A stretch of 64,000 bases of DNA, from contig NC_057728.1 of assembly GCF_004010195.1 (NCBI RefSeq), forward strand, positions 46,590,645 to 46,654,644, written 5' to 3'. The notes under the pieces are model-generated. The model was not told the origin of the DNA and did not search any database. It saw only the letters and a list, made by a program, of their open reading frames with translations. The stretch's first letter is position 1. The number at the start of each line of letters is the position of its first letter. The translations under genes and the position numbers were made by a program. This document shows, piece after piece, positions 25,261-39,749 of this stretch. The DNA comes from Chiloscyllium plagiosum. Its lineage: Eukaryota.

Positions 25261-27803
25261 ATGTATGGAAATGGTGACATATCATCTGCATTTCTGCTGA
25301 CTGGTAATATAAGTGTAGCATGGCAACCTAATATCACTGCATTCCTGCAATTTCCCAATGTAATGGTGTCCCGGTATAAATCAGAAGATTCTTGCTTCTC
25401 TTTTGTGAGTACTACTTGTTCTTCATCGTATTTGCATTCTGATATAGCCTCTACTACCTCTTGAAGTTCACATCTTGCAAAAGCTGGGATGTGTGTAACT
25501 GCTGCAACTTGTAAGTTGGTGAGTGGAATGCATGGTGCTGTGAGGTGCTGTCTTGTCATGGCCTGTTGTCACTGTCGGAAGACTAATGCCCAAGGCTTAA
25601 AGTGGCAAGCATGTGACTAACATTACAAAGTTGTCTCCAAGACATGTCTTCCAATATAGTTTGCAACATTGTAATAAGCTGTTTTTGTTGTTATGTGGGA
25701 CTGAGTATATGAGAGCCATATGTAAAACTGTAAGGTAAAGTGCTTTTCACATCAATAGCATTTCCCTGATAGCTACACAGTTTAAGAAATAGTTTTCAAG
25801 TGTAGACACTGCTGACATGTAGCCAAAATGTGGCAGCCCGTTATTGCATGGCAAGTTCCCACACACCAAACAATGAGATTTATTTTATTTTTTCTTTCAA
25901 AATGTGTGTGACTTTTCTAAAGACAGATTCATTTCTCATATATAGATAACCTGAGAAGGTGATGATGAGACTGAGTCTCCTCCTTGAATTATAGCAGCAC
26001 TTGCAACAATGGTATTCCCAGAATGGCATTAGATTGGGAATTTTTGAATATTGACCCTAAATTTAAGCATTTTTTTTCTGGAGATTCCAAGGCTCTTCTG
26101 CCAAAGTTACTGCAGGTGAGAGAACAAGCTCCCACAGAAATTCACACTGGAGTGTGCTAATCCTCTGAATAATAAACCATGATATTTTTCTCCATCTGTT
26201 ACTATGGCCAGCAATAATAAGAATCAAATGTGCCTGGGTCAGAAGTATATGTTTAGCAGGTTACCCAGCAGCACTCCATGCATTACCATAGCCTTCTTTT
26301 ATGGAACTGAAGGCTGGGCATATTTTTCCAGTTGAAGGCACATCATCTTCTTCCGCTTCTGTCCCCATGCCTATGAGCATGGCATATAGCAATGGATGTG
26401 ACTTCCTCTTCCTGTGAGGCGTGTAGGCCTCTCCCCTGGAGAAAGTGCTCTGGAAGGGCTAAATACCTCAAATTCATTGCGTATGACATCACCAGATTTA
26501 ATGTATCATTCCAGCACTAGTTCTAAAACTGTTTTTCTACCTTGATACTGTCAATCATTTACCTTCTACTTGTTTGACCACAAACTTTTCAAAAATGTTC
26601 AAATATTCCAATGGTTGTTAAGCATAATACTTTTCTTTTGTTACCTTTTAGCTGTAAGGTTTCCCATCTACATAAGTTACTAGTTTCACTATGCAATTTG
26701 TTAACCCAAACTGATAAGGTTGGCCAATGTGGGCCAGGAGTTCATCCCCCATATTAAATCAGATAGATCCTCGTCATTCTTGCTAACCAGTTTATCCAAC
26801 TGGCTATGTATGATTCCTATCCACTACCTTCCGGCTCCACTCATGGACCTTAAAATTAGCTCTAAACTGCCTGTGCTCATTTCATGTTTCAGTCTGTAAT
26901 TATGGCATTATTATTTTCTGCTGGTTCGTAGCCAATATGATTGCGCACGTTCAGTAATGTTGATGTTTTTCCATTTCATCCTATTTTAGTGCAGAACCAT
27001 TATACAATGAACATCTCTAACATCCTTGAAATATAGGAAACATCTGGTGTTAATAAGGCGAGATTGTAGCATCTCAGGATCCATATCCTGCCCTGATTCT
27101 GAGTCATCACCTCCTGAGGTGGTGAACAATTATTTCTATCAGTTATTGCAGTTTCCTTCCTGAAATCCTGTCAGTTTCCCTCTTCAATTCTCGCACCACC
27201 TTTTTAAAAAATGAAACTCCCATATGCTACAATTATAATCATTAGCAAAAATTGTTCTTCTTCTGATTGTGAAAGATATTTGGAAAGGGAATAATTATCA
27301 TTGGTTAGATTCTTTTGTGTTGCTTACTAAATACTTTCAGTGAGGAAAGGAAATCATGAGAGATATTTCAAATTGTTCTCTAAATGCCATTCTTTCTCAC
27401 CTTTTCGTGCATTGGATGATACTGCAATGGGTCATTGAAATAACCAAAATGATCAGTGTAATTTCCCAAATTAGTGGTACCAACAAGGGGCCTTGGCCAC
27501 CAGGTCCACACTTTGGAGATTTGGGTGATGTTACACATGATTTTCCACTTCTTGCTGCATACCTTTGTCAAGTAGGGCTTTCATGTGTCTCTTAGATGTC
27601 CATGAATCCTGAGTGGTTGGGGATGAAGGAATTAGATACAAATATTAGAATTCCACACACTGATTCTTCTGAAGGACAACAATTTTACATTAACATTGTA
27701 AAATGCCCCAAGATACTTAATTAAAGCGTTACCAAACATTATTTGAGGTACTCATTTTCTGCAAATTCATTCAAGTGAGGTGGACATTGTTGGCAAGGCC
27801 AAG

Positions 27804-28125
27804 AATCATAGAATCCCTACAGTGTGGAAACAGGCCTTTCGGCCTAACAAGTCCACACTGACCCATTCCCCTACCCTATATTTACCCCTGATTAATGCTC
27901 CTAATCCTACACATCCCTGAACACCATGGGCAATTTAGCATGGCCGATTCACCTAACCTGCACATCTTTGGATTGTGGAAGGAGACCAGAGCACCTGGAG
28001 GAAACCCACGCAAGCACAGGGAGAATGTGCAAACTCCATACACACAGTCGCCTGAGGCTGGAATTGAACCCGGATCCCTGGTGCTGTGAGGCAGCAGTGC
28101 TAAGCATTGAGTCACCGTGCCGCCC
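27804..28125 (-). mobile_element. HE1 tRNA-derived SINE, full length
   Basis: Minus strand begins ggggcggcacggtg..., has a B-box-like gggttcaattcc, central ggtttcctccaggtgctctggtctccttccac, and LINE-type tail gggattctatgattc. Confidence 0.9.
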
Positions 28126-29829
28126 CAAAGTGAGATGTTTTTGTCCAGCTTGTATTGAGCCTCTCTGGAGCCGCCCTGAGACAGAAATCTTCACACCTTT
28201 GGACTGTGGGAGGAATCGGGAGCACCCAGCAGAAACTCATGTAGACACGGAGAACATGTAAATTCCACACAGATACTGGTGATACCTATTCCTTGAGAAA
28301 GTGATGGTGAGCTATTGTCTTGAACTGCTGCAGGCCATCTGATCTTGCTGCTAACAGAGGAATTCCTGAATTTTGTGTGAAATTAGAAAACATTGCTTTC
28401 TAATGTCACCTTCCTGATACTTTCTTGCATTTCCATTACCTGTTTCGGTCTTGAAGGGAACCTGTCTAGAATTGAGCTTAGGTACTGTTATGATCCCAAA
28501 TGATGTTATTCTGAAACCAGTCTCAATAGATCATATTTTGTTTAATTTTGATTTTACTGAAGTGGTCTCTTGCTGAAACATAAGCATACAATTCTGCAGA
28601 TTTTGTTTGAGCAATCAAACAGAAGTGTATTAACAAGAGAAATGAAAATGGAATAGAACAAATCAAACTATTTGTAACACAAACTCAAAGATTTTTTAAA
28701 CACATGTGTTTTCTGCTCAATGTGGATACATCTTCTTGGCAATAAAGCCCATATTGCCTGTATCATGATTCAGTGGGATAGCAGACTGAATTGAAATCTG
28801 AGCTACTCCTGAAATCATTTAAAAGTTTAAAAAAAATTAAAAGTTGCAGGACTCCTTAAACGCCCTGTCTTTTAGACATGGATTGACAGAAAGCATGGAC
28901 CAAGTTTCTGGCTTTAACAAGAATTACTTTTTGAGGAACAAATAGATTCTAACTACCGATAATGAATTTGAAACTGTTGAGCTTTAACTCCTCTGGTGAA
29001 AACTTTAAACTACTTATAAATTCCCCCTGCAGACACAAATATTAGAAAACCCTGGTTGGTATGGGTGGGGGAAAGGGTGAGAACACAGTTTGGCAGTTCC
29101 TGAACCCTGTGCAGAGAGTTCACTTAGATGATCTTTTGGCTTGTCAGAATATACACCTCCTTGGCTTTCTTTCTCCAGGTACTTCCACCTGTTTGCAGTC
29201 AGCATAGTGCAGGGGGTTCACATTTACATAATAAATTCCTGACTTACTGATTAAAAATCTCAGTTTAGGGCAACTGCTGAGAGAAAAAGCAATGAATCAA
29301 TCTTCCAGTGGGGGTGTGCAGAGTGTGGTCCTGTTTGGGGAGTGGAGAGCATCAGATCAGGTCCAGTGACAGGGGTTCAGGTCCAGTCCAGTAGTGGGTG
29401 TTGTGCAGCAGGGAAAGTTATTGTTGGGGAGCATCAATTGAGGTACTGGGGGAGGTGTAGTTAGCTGTAAGTGAGATATGGGTGGGGCCTGCTTAATTGT
29501 TACTCAAGAGTCAGCCTATATTTATTGTCTTTACACTGCATGATCTTTCAATGAACAGGGAATGCTGCTGCCCCTTTGCAAAGAGTTGAGTGCATTTTGA
29601 AGGCCTATGGATATAAAGGTTTCTCCCAATTGTGGGAACAACACTTGCAGTACCTCTTGGATCACAGCATAATGAGGGGGTAAAGCAGAAGCAAGAAGGA
29701 GGACAAGCTCTGTATAGAGGCGAAGAAGGGTTCACTATAGAAAGTCCTAGCCACAAAATGATCTTCAAAGAGCACTTGTCTTACCCCAGAAGCCGTCTCT
29801 AAGGTAGTAATTACTCTTCACAAAGGAAC

Positions 29830-30325
29830 TGTCACTGAACTGTGAATGTGAACACTTTACAATGGGTGCAGAAATGATTTCCAAGAAGAGTCTGCAACTA
29901 AAGCACTTCAGTTGTGAGGCTGGATTAGGGAATGTGGAATTGTTTTCTTTAGGGAAGGGAATGTTGAGATGTAATTTGGTGTTTCAAATTATGAGGGCTC
30001 TAAATTCGTATGGACAGAAGCTGTTCCCTTTGACAATCAGGTGTAAGGTGATTGTCAGCAGAACCTGAGTCAACCTGGGAAGATGTATTTGTTGATGGGA
30101 ACATGCAGTGAGGGGTTAGGATCTAAAATTCACTGCCTGCGAATGTACTGGAGGCAGATTCAGTTGTGACTTTCAAAAGGGAATTGGATAAGCCGCTGAA
30201 GAGAAATGATTTGCAGGGATAAGAGGAAAGAGTGGGTCAGTGGGATAAGCTGAATTATACTCTGGCAGAGCTGGTACAGGACCGATGACCAAAGGGCCTC
30301 TTACTGTTCCCTAGCCATTTTATGA
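29830..30325 (+). mobile_element. Old CR1 LINE 3' remnant
   Basis: LELFSL...FQIMR-like remnant in ORF 29862-30068 and a degenerate 3' UTR. Confidence 0.55.
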
Positions 30326-31209
30326 ATTTACGTCTAATCTGAAAGTATTTGAAAAGTCTTTTACTTCCTTTTCTGTATAAACAACAAGAGAGCTGACCTT
30401 TCTTTTACCATTCTCCACTGTGCCTTATTGCAATTCTGACACATTCTTTTTCAACTGAAGACGTTTAAGGGATCAATCTTAGTCATATTCAATATATTCT
30501 TCGCTTGCCTAGTCTAGTCAAGCTCATTTCACTTTCTGCTCCTATTTCATTAAAAAACAGTCTCAGGCTTATGTTGGTTATCAACTGTATTATGAGCAAA
30601 ACTTCACATTTCTGAACCCGTTTTAAAACAATAACACAACATCTTTGTTCTCCACAAGATTCTCACTTCAAAGAAGCGTAGTTATTTCATTACTGTTGGA
30701 CTTGACTTCCTCACTTCTGGTTGTAATTGCTACAATCCAAGCTGACTAAACTCCTGGCTTTCATTTATTGCTTCAGAAAATCTAAACTCCTCTTCTCATG
30801 TCGCATACTCAACTAAAGAAAGAAGGAGATTGGGATTTTAAGCCCTGTCATAGTGGAAGAAGAGGTTTTATTCAAAATGACAGAGCATCTGGTGTCTTTC
30901 CTCCCTGTCAGAACCTTCTCAACCTGCCTGAGTCACTAACAGACATACAGCCCTGAAGCCATTAGAACAGAATCATATAACAATTATAGCACAGAAGGAG
31001 ACATTCAGACCATTGTATCCATGCTGAGTCTCTGATGGAGGAACTTACCTAGTTTCACTTCCTTCTCAGACAATAATCCAATTCCCTCTTAAATCCCTCA
31101 ATTAAACCAATTTCTGGCATATTCTTAAGCTGTAAACTCCAGATTCCAAATACATACAGCATAAAAACTTTTTTCCCTCATCCCTCCATTGCTGCTTTTA
31201 CCAGTTTTT

Positions 31210-31580
31210 CCCAAAACAGTTCAGCAATGTCGAATGACTGTAGTGTGCACCACCTACAAGATAACTAGCAACAATTCACCAAGATTCTGAGATATCACCT
31301 TCTAAATTCATGACCTCTGCCACCCACAAGGATAAGAGCATCAGATGCATGGGAGCACCAGGCTTGAAAGTTATCCTCCAAGTCACATATTATTCTGATT
31401 TGGAAATATATCACTGCTCCTTTACTGTCACAGGATCAAACTCCTATCTAACAAGATTTAGGGTCTGCTGACTCGACATTGACAGCAGTTGTTCAAGAAG
31501 GCTGCTCACCAACATCTTCTCAAGGGCAACTGGGATGGGCATTGAATGTAGCCGAGCCAGTGGTACTCACATTCTGTCAA
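31210..31580 (+). mobile_element. 3' fragment of the LINE family seen at 8485-11596
   Basis: Aligns by eye with 11220-11580 (gttcaagaaggctgctcaccaacatcttctcaagggcaac). Confidence 0.75.
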
Positions 31581-32459
31581 AAGGATAAGGAGAAATTGGT
31601 TCAGTGACCAAGCTCATAGACTTAAAACATTAACTCAGTTTCTCTCTATCCACAGATTACTTTAGCCATGTATTCCATCTTACTTTCTAGTTTCTATTTT
31701 CTTTGATTGATATTTGCTCCTAATCACCATTTGGATCATTCTTCTATGCTAATCTAAATGCTTGCTTGATGTAAAATGTAAGGTTTAACTATCCTACTAA
31801 ATGCTCAATGATGGATATATTTAATGGAATTTCTATCAGTATTTCAAGAATAGCCTTCAAGCTGAAAGGCCCACAGTGACACGATACCATATTGTTTGTA
31901 TGTTGTCTCTTGTTGACAATTTTGGCATGACTTAAGTCCGCACTTCTGTTACTCTGTTGGGAAAAAAGTCTGATATATATCCTTGCTTTGAGCTTACTAG
32001 TTGTTAAGATGTGCCACTTTGTTCAACAAACAGAAACAACTAGAAGAAATAAAATTGACCAGTCTGTATATGCAAAATATCCCCATTCTCATGACTCATG
32101 CTTTTATTAAAAGCAAAATACTGCAGATGCTGGAAATCTGAAATACAAACAGAAAGTTCTGGAGAAACTCAGCATCATCCTTTTTTATTCATCCTTTACT
32201 ACGTCTTATTGGCTTGACCAATGTTTGGCACACACATTGATTTTCACAAGCAGATGGGCTCAATCCCATTTCAGCCAGATTGGAAATGGCCAACAGTTGA
32301 TATGGTTTATCTAGGAGTAAGCATGAAAAATGAATTTCTTACTCAAATACCACAAATTGAAAGATTATCAATTTCCCCTTTTATCTATTGACAGTAGGCA
32401 GTCCTGAGCATATGACAAATCAGTAAAATAAAGGGTAGTTCAGATTGCATTATGGATAT

Positions 32460-32684
32460 AACCCAAAAGAACTGCGGATGCTGTAAATGAGAAATGAAAA
32501 GAGAAATTGCTGGATAAGCTCAGCAGGTCTGGCAGCATCTGTGAAGAGAAGCCAGAGTTAATGTTTCGGAGGAATGGAGGAAGTTCTGAGGAAGGGTCAC
32601 CAGACCTGAAACGTTGACTCTGATTTCTCTTCACAGATGCTGCCAGACCTGCTGAGCTTATCCAGCAATTTCTGTTTTCCTTTG
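32460..32684. mobile_element. Penelope-derived fold-back mini-insertion (second family)
   Basis: Inverted arms agaaattgctggataagctcagcaggtctggcagcatctgtgaagagaa and reverse complement; hammerhead core ctgagga-agggtc-acca-gacct-gaaacgtt at 32586-32615; TSD tgcattatgRatat at 32446-32459 and 32685-32698. Confidence 0.85.
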
Positions 32685-33472
32685 TGCATTATGAATATGT
32701 CAGTTCATTACAGTTTTTTGAGCTCTTGAGATTTTTTTAAATCCTTTACACCTTCCAATTTAGTGTCTTCCTTGTCTGGTAGGCTTTGTCTGCTGTGCTT
32801 ATTAGAACAAAAATAAAGTCATAATTTGGGGTCATGACAATGGCAAAATGGTTTGCATTCCTCAATGTTATTGCTCAAAAATTAATGAAGACTACACAGT
32901 TGCAATGAAATTTGGAAATACGGAAGTTTCCATCAGTGATTTTGTGTCCCCCTCCCCATAGAGTGTGCTGTTGAAAATCCTTGACAAGAAATCATTAAAC
33001 TGCTGAGTAAAATGCATCTTTAAGCCTGGAGGCTGGGTGTGAAAAGATACTTTTCCAAAAAAAGTTGAATGTTGTTGAATGAACTGTGACTGAGTTTTTA
33101 AAATGCAAAGTTCATAATTTCTGCTAAACAACATTACTGGCTCTGTAAACCTGATCATGGAATGTCAAATTGTCACATTAAGTCACATTCTCAAAATAAT
33201 AAAAGCCTATTCAAAATATCTAAGTTTCTACCTTAATCCCATGTGAATGTAACAGTCATTTGTTTTGTTCTTTAAAATATAAATTAAAAGTAAAGGATAA
33301 CTGGTGCGCATTGCTTCCTGGTTTGCTCTCTGTGAATATGTTTCAATGTGGTTGACTGTTCACCTGGTTAATGACCTCACAGTTGCTGAATGCCTTGAGA
33401 TCTCTGAATTAGTAATGAATTAGAAGTGATAACAAGAGAAGGGGAGTCTTTGCCATGTAGATATTGAGATTG

Positions 33473-33590
33473 AATCATAGAATCCCTACAGTGTGGAAGC
33501 AGGACATTTGGCCCAATAAGTCCACATCGACCCTCCAAGAGCTACCCACCTAGCCCCATCAGGTTAACCACTGAGCCACCTGGCAACCCT
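33473..33590 (-). mobile_element. HE1 SINE, internally deleted
   Basis: Tail gaatcatagaatccctacagtgtggaa joined to a head remnant taaccactgagccacc. Confidence 0.65.
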
Positions 33591-33771
33591 GTAAATCTTT
33601 TCAATGCTGACCACACAGTTTGGGCCAATTGATATTATTGTAAGCAGCATTTGCTCCAAGGTAGCAATTTTAACCTTATAAATTAAAATTTATTCCATTT
33701 TATTAGGATTCTTTATACTTGAGAATAGGATTTTTTTTCTTCAGTTCATCAAATGTGATAGGAAGTATCTA

Positions 33772-34745
33772 CCGTATATACTCATGTAAAAGTCGAATTT
33801 TGTAGACTATTTTTAAAGGTTCAATTTATAGGGTCGACTACAGTATTACACAGGCACTAGTTTGAGGGGCTGAAATTTGTGCTGCAGTTCGAAATATCGC
33901 ATTATTAGCAGAAGTCGATTTGATCACTCAACTAATCCCAGGTAAAGAAGAAAAACACAATGAATTATGATAAAGATAATTACCGAATAAAAACAAGAGA
34001 AACAAGAATGGATTACTGGTAGGGAATTTTCTTTATACATACTTGTACAAAAATTTAACATGTCAAAGATTCAGTGAAATCCTGCAAAATCACAATGTTA
34101 ACATTGTCATTGCCTAGTATAATGGCACACTTAAAATGAAACATTTATTAAATTCTGAGTGTGTAAGCATTTTGAACTTCCTCGCCAAATTCTTCCATTT
34201 CTCTCCCATTTACTTTTGTATATAATGAACCTCAGCAACATTAACACATTTGACAAAGAATTAAAGATATATGTAGCTAATATATCTCACTTTTATTCAG
34301 TTATTATGGCACAATTAAAGTGATTACCATTCTAACGATATTAACTTTTGGATGTAGAGTGAACAAAGTGCGATTAGTACCGATAGATTTAGTACCCATC
34401 TGAATGAATGAATGTATCAAAACATGCTGTAGTAAACCAAGTGGGCTAAGTAGAGTTATGAATGAGTGGATGAATGAATGAATAAATGAATAAATGAATG
34501 AATGAATGAATGAATAGAGATGCAAAATAGTACACAAAGAGCGATGAGTAGAGTTACTGGTATGAATGAATGAATGTAATTTTGTTTAAGTCAGTTAATG
34601 GAAACATACGGTTTCCTTTGTAAGAGGTTTTTAATGCGATATAGTAGAGTCAGCCTTTACACAAGATATATAGAAAATACCAGATTTTTGGCCAAAAATA
34701 AGGGGTCGATTTTTATGAGATTGACTTTTACATGAGTATATACGG
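33772..34745. mobile_element. Non-autonomous Tc1/mariner-superfamily (pogo/Tigger-like) DNA transposon
   Basis: Perfect 23-bp TIRs ccgtatatactcatgtaaaagtc (33772-33794 and 34723-34745) flanked by TA on both sides; no transposase ORF. Confidence 0.9.
34458..34515. repeat. (TGAA)n microsatellite inside the DNA transposon
   Basis: Imperfect TGAA/TAAA tandem array. Confidence 0.9.
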
Positions 34746-34984
34746 TACTCAGCATTTTATGCATAAACCATTGTACCTGTCCTAATTCCATGGAAGTATT
34801 AGATGAGTGATTATGATTTCAGATCATTCTGATTTATGTAATTATCAAAAGTATTTAGTCAGCAAGTTTACAGAATACTAAAAACTTCCTTAATAAATGA
34901 AAGAGAATGAATGTTTTAATATGCGATTTTGTGTTTGCCATCCTCTTATATACTTTCTCATAACAAGATTCTCAGTGTACATAG

Positions 34985-36023
34985 TGTTATGAAGGGGAAG
35001 TTGAACCTCTCTGATAATTAAAAATGAAACACAAACCCCCCAATCTGTTACAGTGGGAGTATAGGTCCCCTTCTATTAATTAAAACCTGAAGCACTCAAA
35101 TAAGCCCACTCATAATCTGTTGGAAAGGAGTTGTTAAATGAAAGAAGTCCCTGATATTCACTTTATAAGCAACAAGTAACAATTTGTTTATTTAATCCTA
35201 ACAGTGAACAAATAAACCAAAACTACTAACGAACAAAATATTTCCACCATCCTCCCACAACCGCCACTGACTACTAACTATTTCCTAACTAAACAAAATT
35301 TTACTGGTATGCTGTTCCAATAAACACAAATCCCACTTATACAAACCCAAATAATAAGAAAACTAAATTAAAACTTAGACTTTCAAAGTCCCTACAGAAT
35401 GCATCTCCCAGAATGTTCTGCCTTCTCCGCTGTCTCTCTGGTCAGGAACACTTATTTTCTGTTGACCCTTCTGTCAGAGGTGTTTTCTCTATGAATGCTT
35501 CCATTTGGACTCTTAGCAAGAAGTGCCACGGTACCTTTTATGGATGGATGGTGCTTTCATGGAGAGCTTAGAGATTTCTGTGAAAGCTGCATATTCATTC
35601 CTCAGATGGCAGTTGGCTGTCCCCCAATTTACAAAATCCCTGTCATTGTGTACCTTGCATGACATTTCAATTTTCTTACAATAACATTAGTCGGAGGTTG
35701 TCAAAACCATCAGATTTGCATTTTATTGGTTTTCAGTTTCTAAGTGCTTGGTTTAAATTAATTGGTTCATTTCTAGCTAGTTGTCATAACATCAAAACAA
35801 GCCTAAGGTTTCCAATCACACAGCCAATTGGTACACATTTCAATTTTAGAAGTATTTGTACATTTTCAGCTGCTTACTACCACATTTTCTGTGTAAATCT
35901 CCAAGCTTAGAAAAGCCCTCTCCCTCTTAAAGGAGCCACACACTCATCCCTCTTATCATTTTTACAAGCAAATTCTAGCTTCCTGCTGTCCACTTCATGA
36001 GTACTTGACACAACTTCGTAACA
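34985..36023 (-). mobile_element. Solo LTR, Gypsy-like
   Basis: Termini TGTTATGAAG...CTTCGTAACA form a 10-bp inverted repeat (TG...CA); 4-bp flanks atag/acag; no ORF. Orientation inferred from a minus-strand AATAAA-like signal. Confidence 0.7.
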
Positions 36024-36104
36024 ACAGCATTTTCTGAACAGATTAAATATTTATTCCCACAATGGTTTCTGCCTTTGCTGAGTCAGCAGTGATTTTTGTT
36101 TTTT

Positions 36105-36552
36105 TGGGATGTGGGCATTTGTGACAAGGCCAGTATTTGTTACCCATCCCTAATCACCTCTGAATGGAGTAACCTTCGAGGCCATCTCAGAGGGCAATTA
36201 ACAGTTCACCACATAGTTTTGAGTCTGAAGTCACATTATGCCAGATGAGGATGGGAGAGCCTCCTTCCCCAAAAGCCCATCCACAGATGAACATTTACAG
36301 CAATTAATGATAGCGATCAGTGTTATAGAAGCAGAAATTGCTGAAGAAAGTTAGCAGGTCTGTCATCATCTGTGGAGCAAAAACAGAGTTAACATTTCGA
36401 GTCCGGTGACCCTCTTTCAGAATGGATGGTGATCATTACTGTGTCTAGCTTTATTTTACAGGTTTATTAATTGTATTAAATTCCAACTGCTACTGTGGAG
36501 AATAAACCCAAGCCTCTGTATTACAGCTCCAGTAATATTATCATTATATCAC
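36105..36552 (-). mobile_element. tRNA-headed SINE sharing its body and tail with the 8485-11596 LINE, interrupted by a Penelope pseudo-LTR (~36330-36422)
   Basis: gggatgtgggc...cccatccctaat is the reverse complement of the LINE tail; the middle matches 8560-8680 and 51560-51685. Confidence 0.6.
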
Positions 36553-37414
36553 TGATTTTTTTTTTGTTTTATACTGCCTTCTCTACACTTCATCATCCTG
36601 TGGTGATTAAATACCTTTATTGCATCATCCTGTGGCGATGAAATACTTTTTCTGCTTATGTGTGGAACAACAGAATGGCCAGTGCGGACAATTATAAAAC
36701 ATTAGTTTAATTTTAATAAATAATGGTAAAGGCTTTTGGTGGGTACTCCATTCAATTAAGCTCGAAACGTAACACGAAACATAAAACAACTTTGAATTTA
36801 TTCAGCTTCCTTCAAGGCTCCCTGTTTCACACCCTAAATGATAAAGTTGTTTTGACAAGGCCTTGCATTTTTACATTGAAAATTCCATAAATAAAGTTGA
36901 ATAGATGCATCTGAAATGGTTGCAAGTTGATAGAATCCAATGAATATTTATAACAAAACGTTAGTATTTCACTGCTACAGTTACTATCTTCTGAGTAGAT
37001 TTTCTCTTCCCAAATATTTATATGAAAATGCACGTAAGCTTAAGCGTAACTCATCAATCATTGTCTCTCAGCTTGGTTAATTTAAAGGAAGTGTAAATAT
37101 CATGTATCATTTTCCAGGTACGACCGTGCATTTTAAGTATTTATTAATTAACATAAAAGCCAAAGGCATTTTTTTTAAAATACTACTATGATGCAGTTCT
37201 TTTAAAAAGACCATGGAATCATTAACACTGTCACAGTAATATTTAATTAAAAATAGAAAGTAACATTGTACTTTAAGAAATATGATTTTAAGGAATATAG
37301 GAAATGTAGATAGCATGAATAAGTTGGGTTGAATGGCCTGCTTATGTAGTTTGCATTTTATGTAAGTCTATGTAATGTTGGTCCAGGCATTAATAATTTG
37401 CATAACATATTAAT

Positions 37415-37742
37415 AGAATCCTTACTGTGTGGAAAAAGGCCATTCAGTCCATTGAGTCCACACCAATCCTCCAGAGACCATCCTACCCAGACACAGTCCC
37501 CTATCCTATCCCCATAACTATGCATTTACCATGGCTAACTCACTGGACACTATGGGCAATTTAGCATAGCCAGTTCACCTAACCTGCAAATCTTTGGACT
37601 GCGGGAGGAAACCGGAGCATCTGGTGGAAACCCACACAGAAAAAGGGAAGAACATGAAAATTCAACACAGTCAGCCAAGGTTGGAATCGAACCCAGGTCC
37701 CTGGTACTGTAAGGCAGCAGTCATAATCACTGAGCCAGCATG
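37415..37742 (-). mobile_element. HE1 SINE
   Basis: Aligns with 27804-28125. Confidence 0.88.
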
Positions 37743-37795
37743 CTAACTGAGCCAGGCAAGTGTATGTGTTAGAAGTACAACATAATATAATAATT

Positions 37796-38127
37796 CATAG
37801 AATCCCAACGGGACGGAAACAGGTTATTTGGTCCAATGAATCCACACTGACCCTCCAAAGAGCATCCCACCCAAACCCCTCCCCCTACCTTATCCCTGTA
37901 ACCTTGCATTTCCAATGGCTAACACACCTAGCCTACATACTATGGGGTAATTCAGCATGGCCAAACCACCTAACTTGCACATCTTTGGACTGTGGAGGAG
38001 TCCAGAGCACTCGGCGGAAACCCACACATACTCGTGGAGAATGTGCAATCTCCACACAGACAGTTGCCCGAGGGTGAAATCGAACCCAAGTCCCTGACGC
38101 TTTGAGGCCTCTGAGACACCATGCTGC
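37796..38127 (-). mobile_element. HE1 SINE, second adjacent copy
   Basis: Aligns with 27804-28125. Confidence 0.85.
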
Positions 38128-38857
38128 CTACTGTGGTTATTACTGTGGTTACCTCTGTTTCAGGAGTTTATTATTGCAGCAGTGGAGATAACTTGAGACA
38201 TGAGTCAGCAGAATAAATCGGTGTCCCCACTAGGTCACATTAATAAAAAACTGTTTCACTGAAAATCCTCCAGGTTACCTCTGTCTTTGAGAAGTAATGG
38301 AAAGAACAGAGTAGCAATGCCTCTGAGGGACAATTATAGGTATACGTCAGTGTAAGTAAGTGCAAAACAATTAAAATATTTGATTTTTTAATTCATTCAC
38401 AGGAAATGAGCATCCCTGGTTATATCAGCATTTATTGCCTATATTTTTTTGAATTTCCACCTTAACTGCAATACTCAAATCAACGCTTTCTATTAATTCA
38501 CCAACTTCTTCGTCAATGTAGGCAAACACAATTTAGCAGTAACAAATCCCCACTTTTCCAAATTATTTTTAATATTGTCCCAATTACCATTTCTTAAGGC
38601 TTTCCCATGTATACTCAAAAAAAAGGTTGCACACAGGAAAAAGAGCTTAGTGAGGTATCCATAGCCAAATCGACACAATTTCAGCATAAGCATTAGAATT
38701 GTGACCAGCTATGTTTGCTCCCATATTATATGGAAAACTCACAGATCCCACAAAACCAAGTCCGCTTGTCCAAATTAATGTCAAATTCCAAGATGGGTCG
38801 GCCATAATTCCTTGGTGAAAGCCCTGGGTTAATTAAAGTGTAAACTCTCTTAGTTGA

Positions 38858-39134
38858 TGTGGAGGTGCCAGTGTTGGACTGCGGTGGACAAAGTTAAAAA
38901 TCACACAATACCAGGTTATAGTCCAACAGGTTTATTTGGAATCAACAGCTTTTGAAATGCTGCTTCTTCATCAGGTGGTTGTGGAGGAGAATCATAAGAC
39001 ACAGACATAAGACACAAAGTCTGTGCCTTATTATTCTGCGCCACAACCACCTGATGAAGAAGCAGCACTTCAAAAGTTAGTGATTCCAAATAAGCCTGTT
39101 GGACTATAACCTGGTGTTGTGTAATTTTTAATTT
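38858..39134. mobile_element. Penelope-derived fold-back mini-insertion (third family)
   Basis: Inverted arms accaggttatagtccaacagg...cctgttggactataacctggt; degenerate hammerhead ctgatgaagaagcagcacttcaaaag at 39051; TSD tcttagttga at 38848-38857 and 39135-39144. Confidence 0.8.
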
Positions 39135-39749
39135 TCTTAGTTGAGTTTGACTCATTTTGATTTTGAATTCCTGCTGTATCTTCATGACTGTATCAGTATT
39201 TTCTCCAGAATCAGTCAAACACCAAAGGCTCAGTTTGATTGGTGACATTATCCAAATTCTGCTATGAATCTGAGTGTGTTTGTGTCTTATTTTAAATTCA
39301 GCAAGAAATATGACACTATCTGCATAGCAGATTGTTAATTTCCATTCCTCCCACATAGATACCAATGTCAACATTTTCCATTTCACCCAAAAAGTGTTCT
39401 AAATATAGATGGAATAACTTGAATGCTAGCAAGCAATCTTGTCACATGCCTCTATCAATTCTGAAAACCAAGTGATCTGTCACCTGCTTATTCATGCATA
39501 TATTGATTATGTTGATGAAAGCTCAATAATTTCAATATTTGTATGACTATTACAGATTGCAATCTATTAGCCCAGAGAATAGAGTCATGGAGGACATCCA
39601 CTGGCTCTGACAAGGACCCTTTCAAGCCAGGGAATTGAGAAGTGTGAATCAACTTGGAGATAGATTTGAGTTTCATTGCCTTTTTATGATGATGTTAATT
39701 TGGGCTCAGATTAATCTTTGTTAACTGATAATTTCACAAACATGGTTCA

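Noticed and set aside
28486..31620. Possible second, interrupted solo LTR starting tgttatgatcc
   Set aside because: No convincing matching terminus or TSD found.
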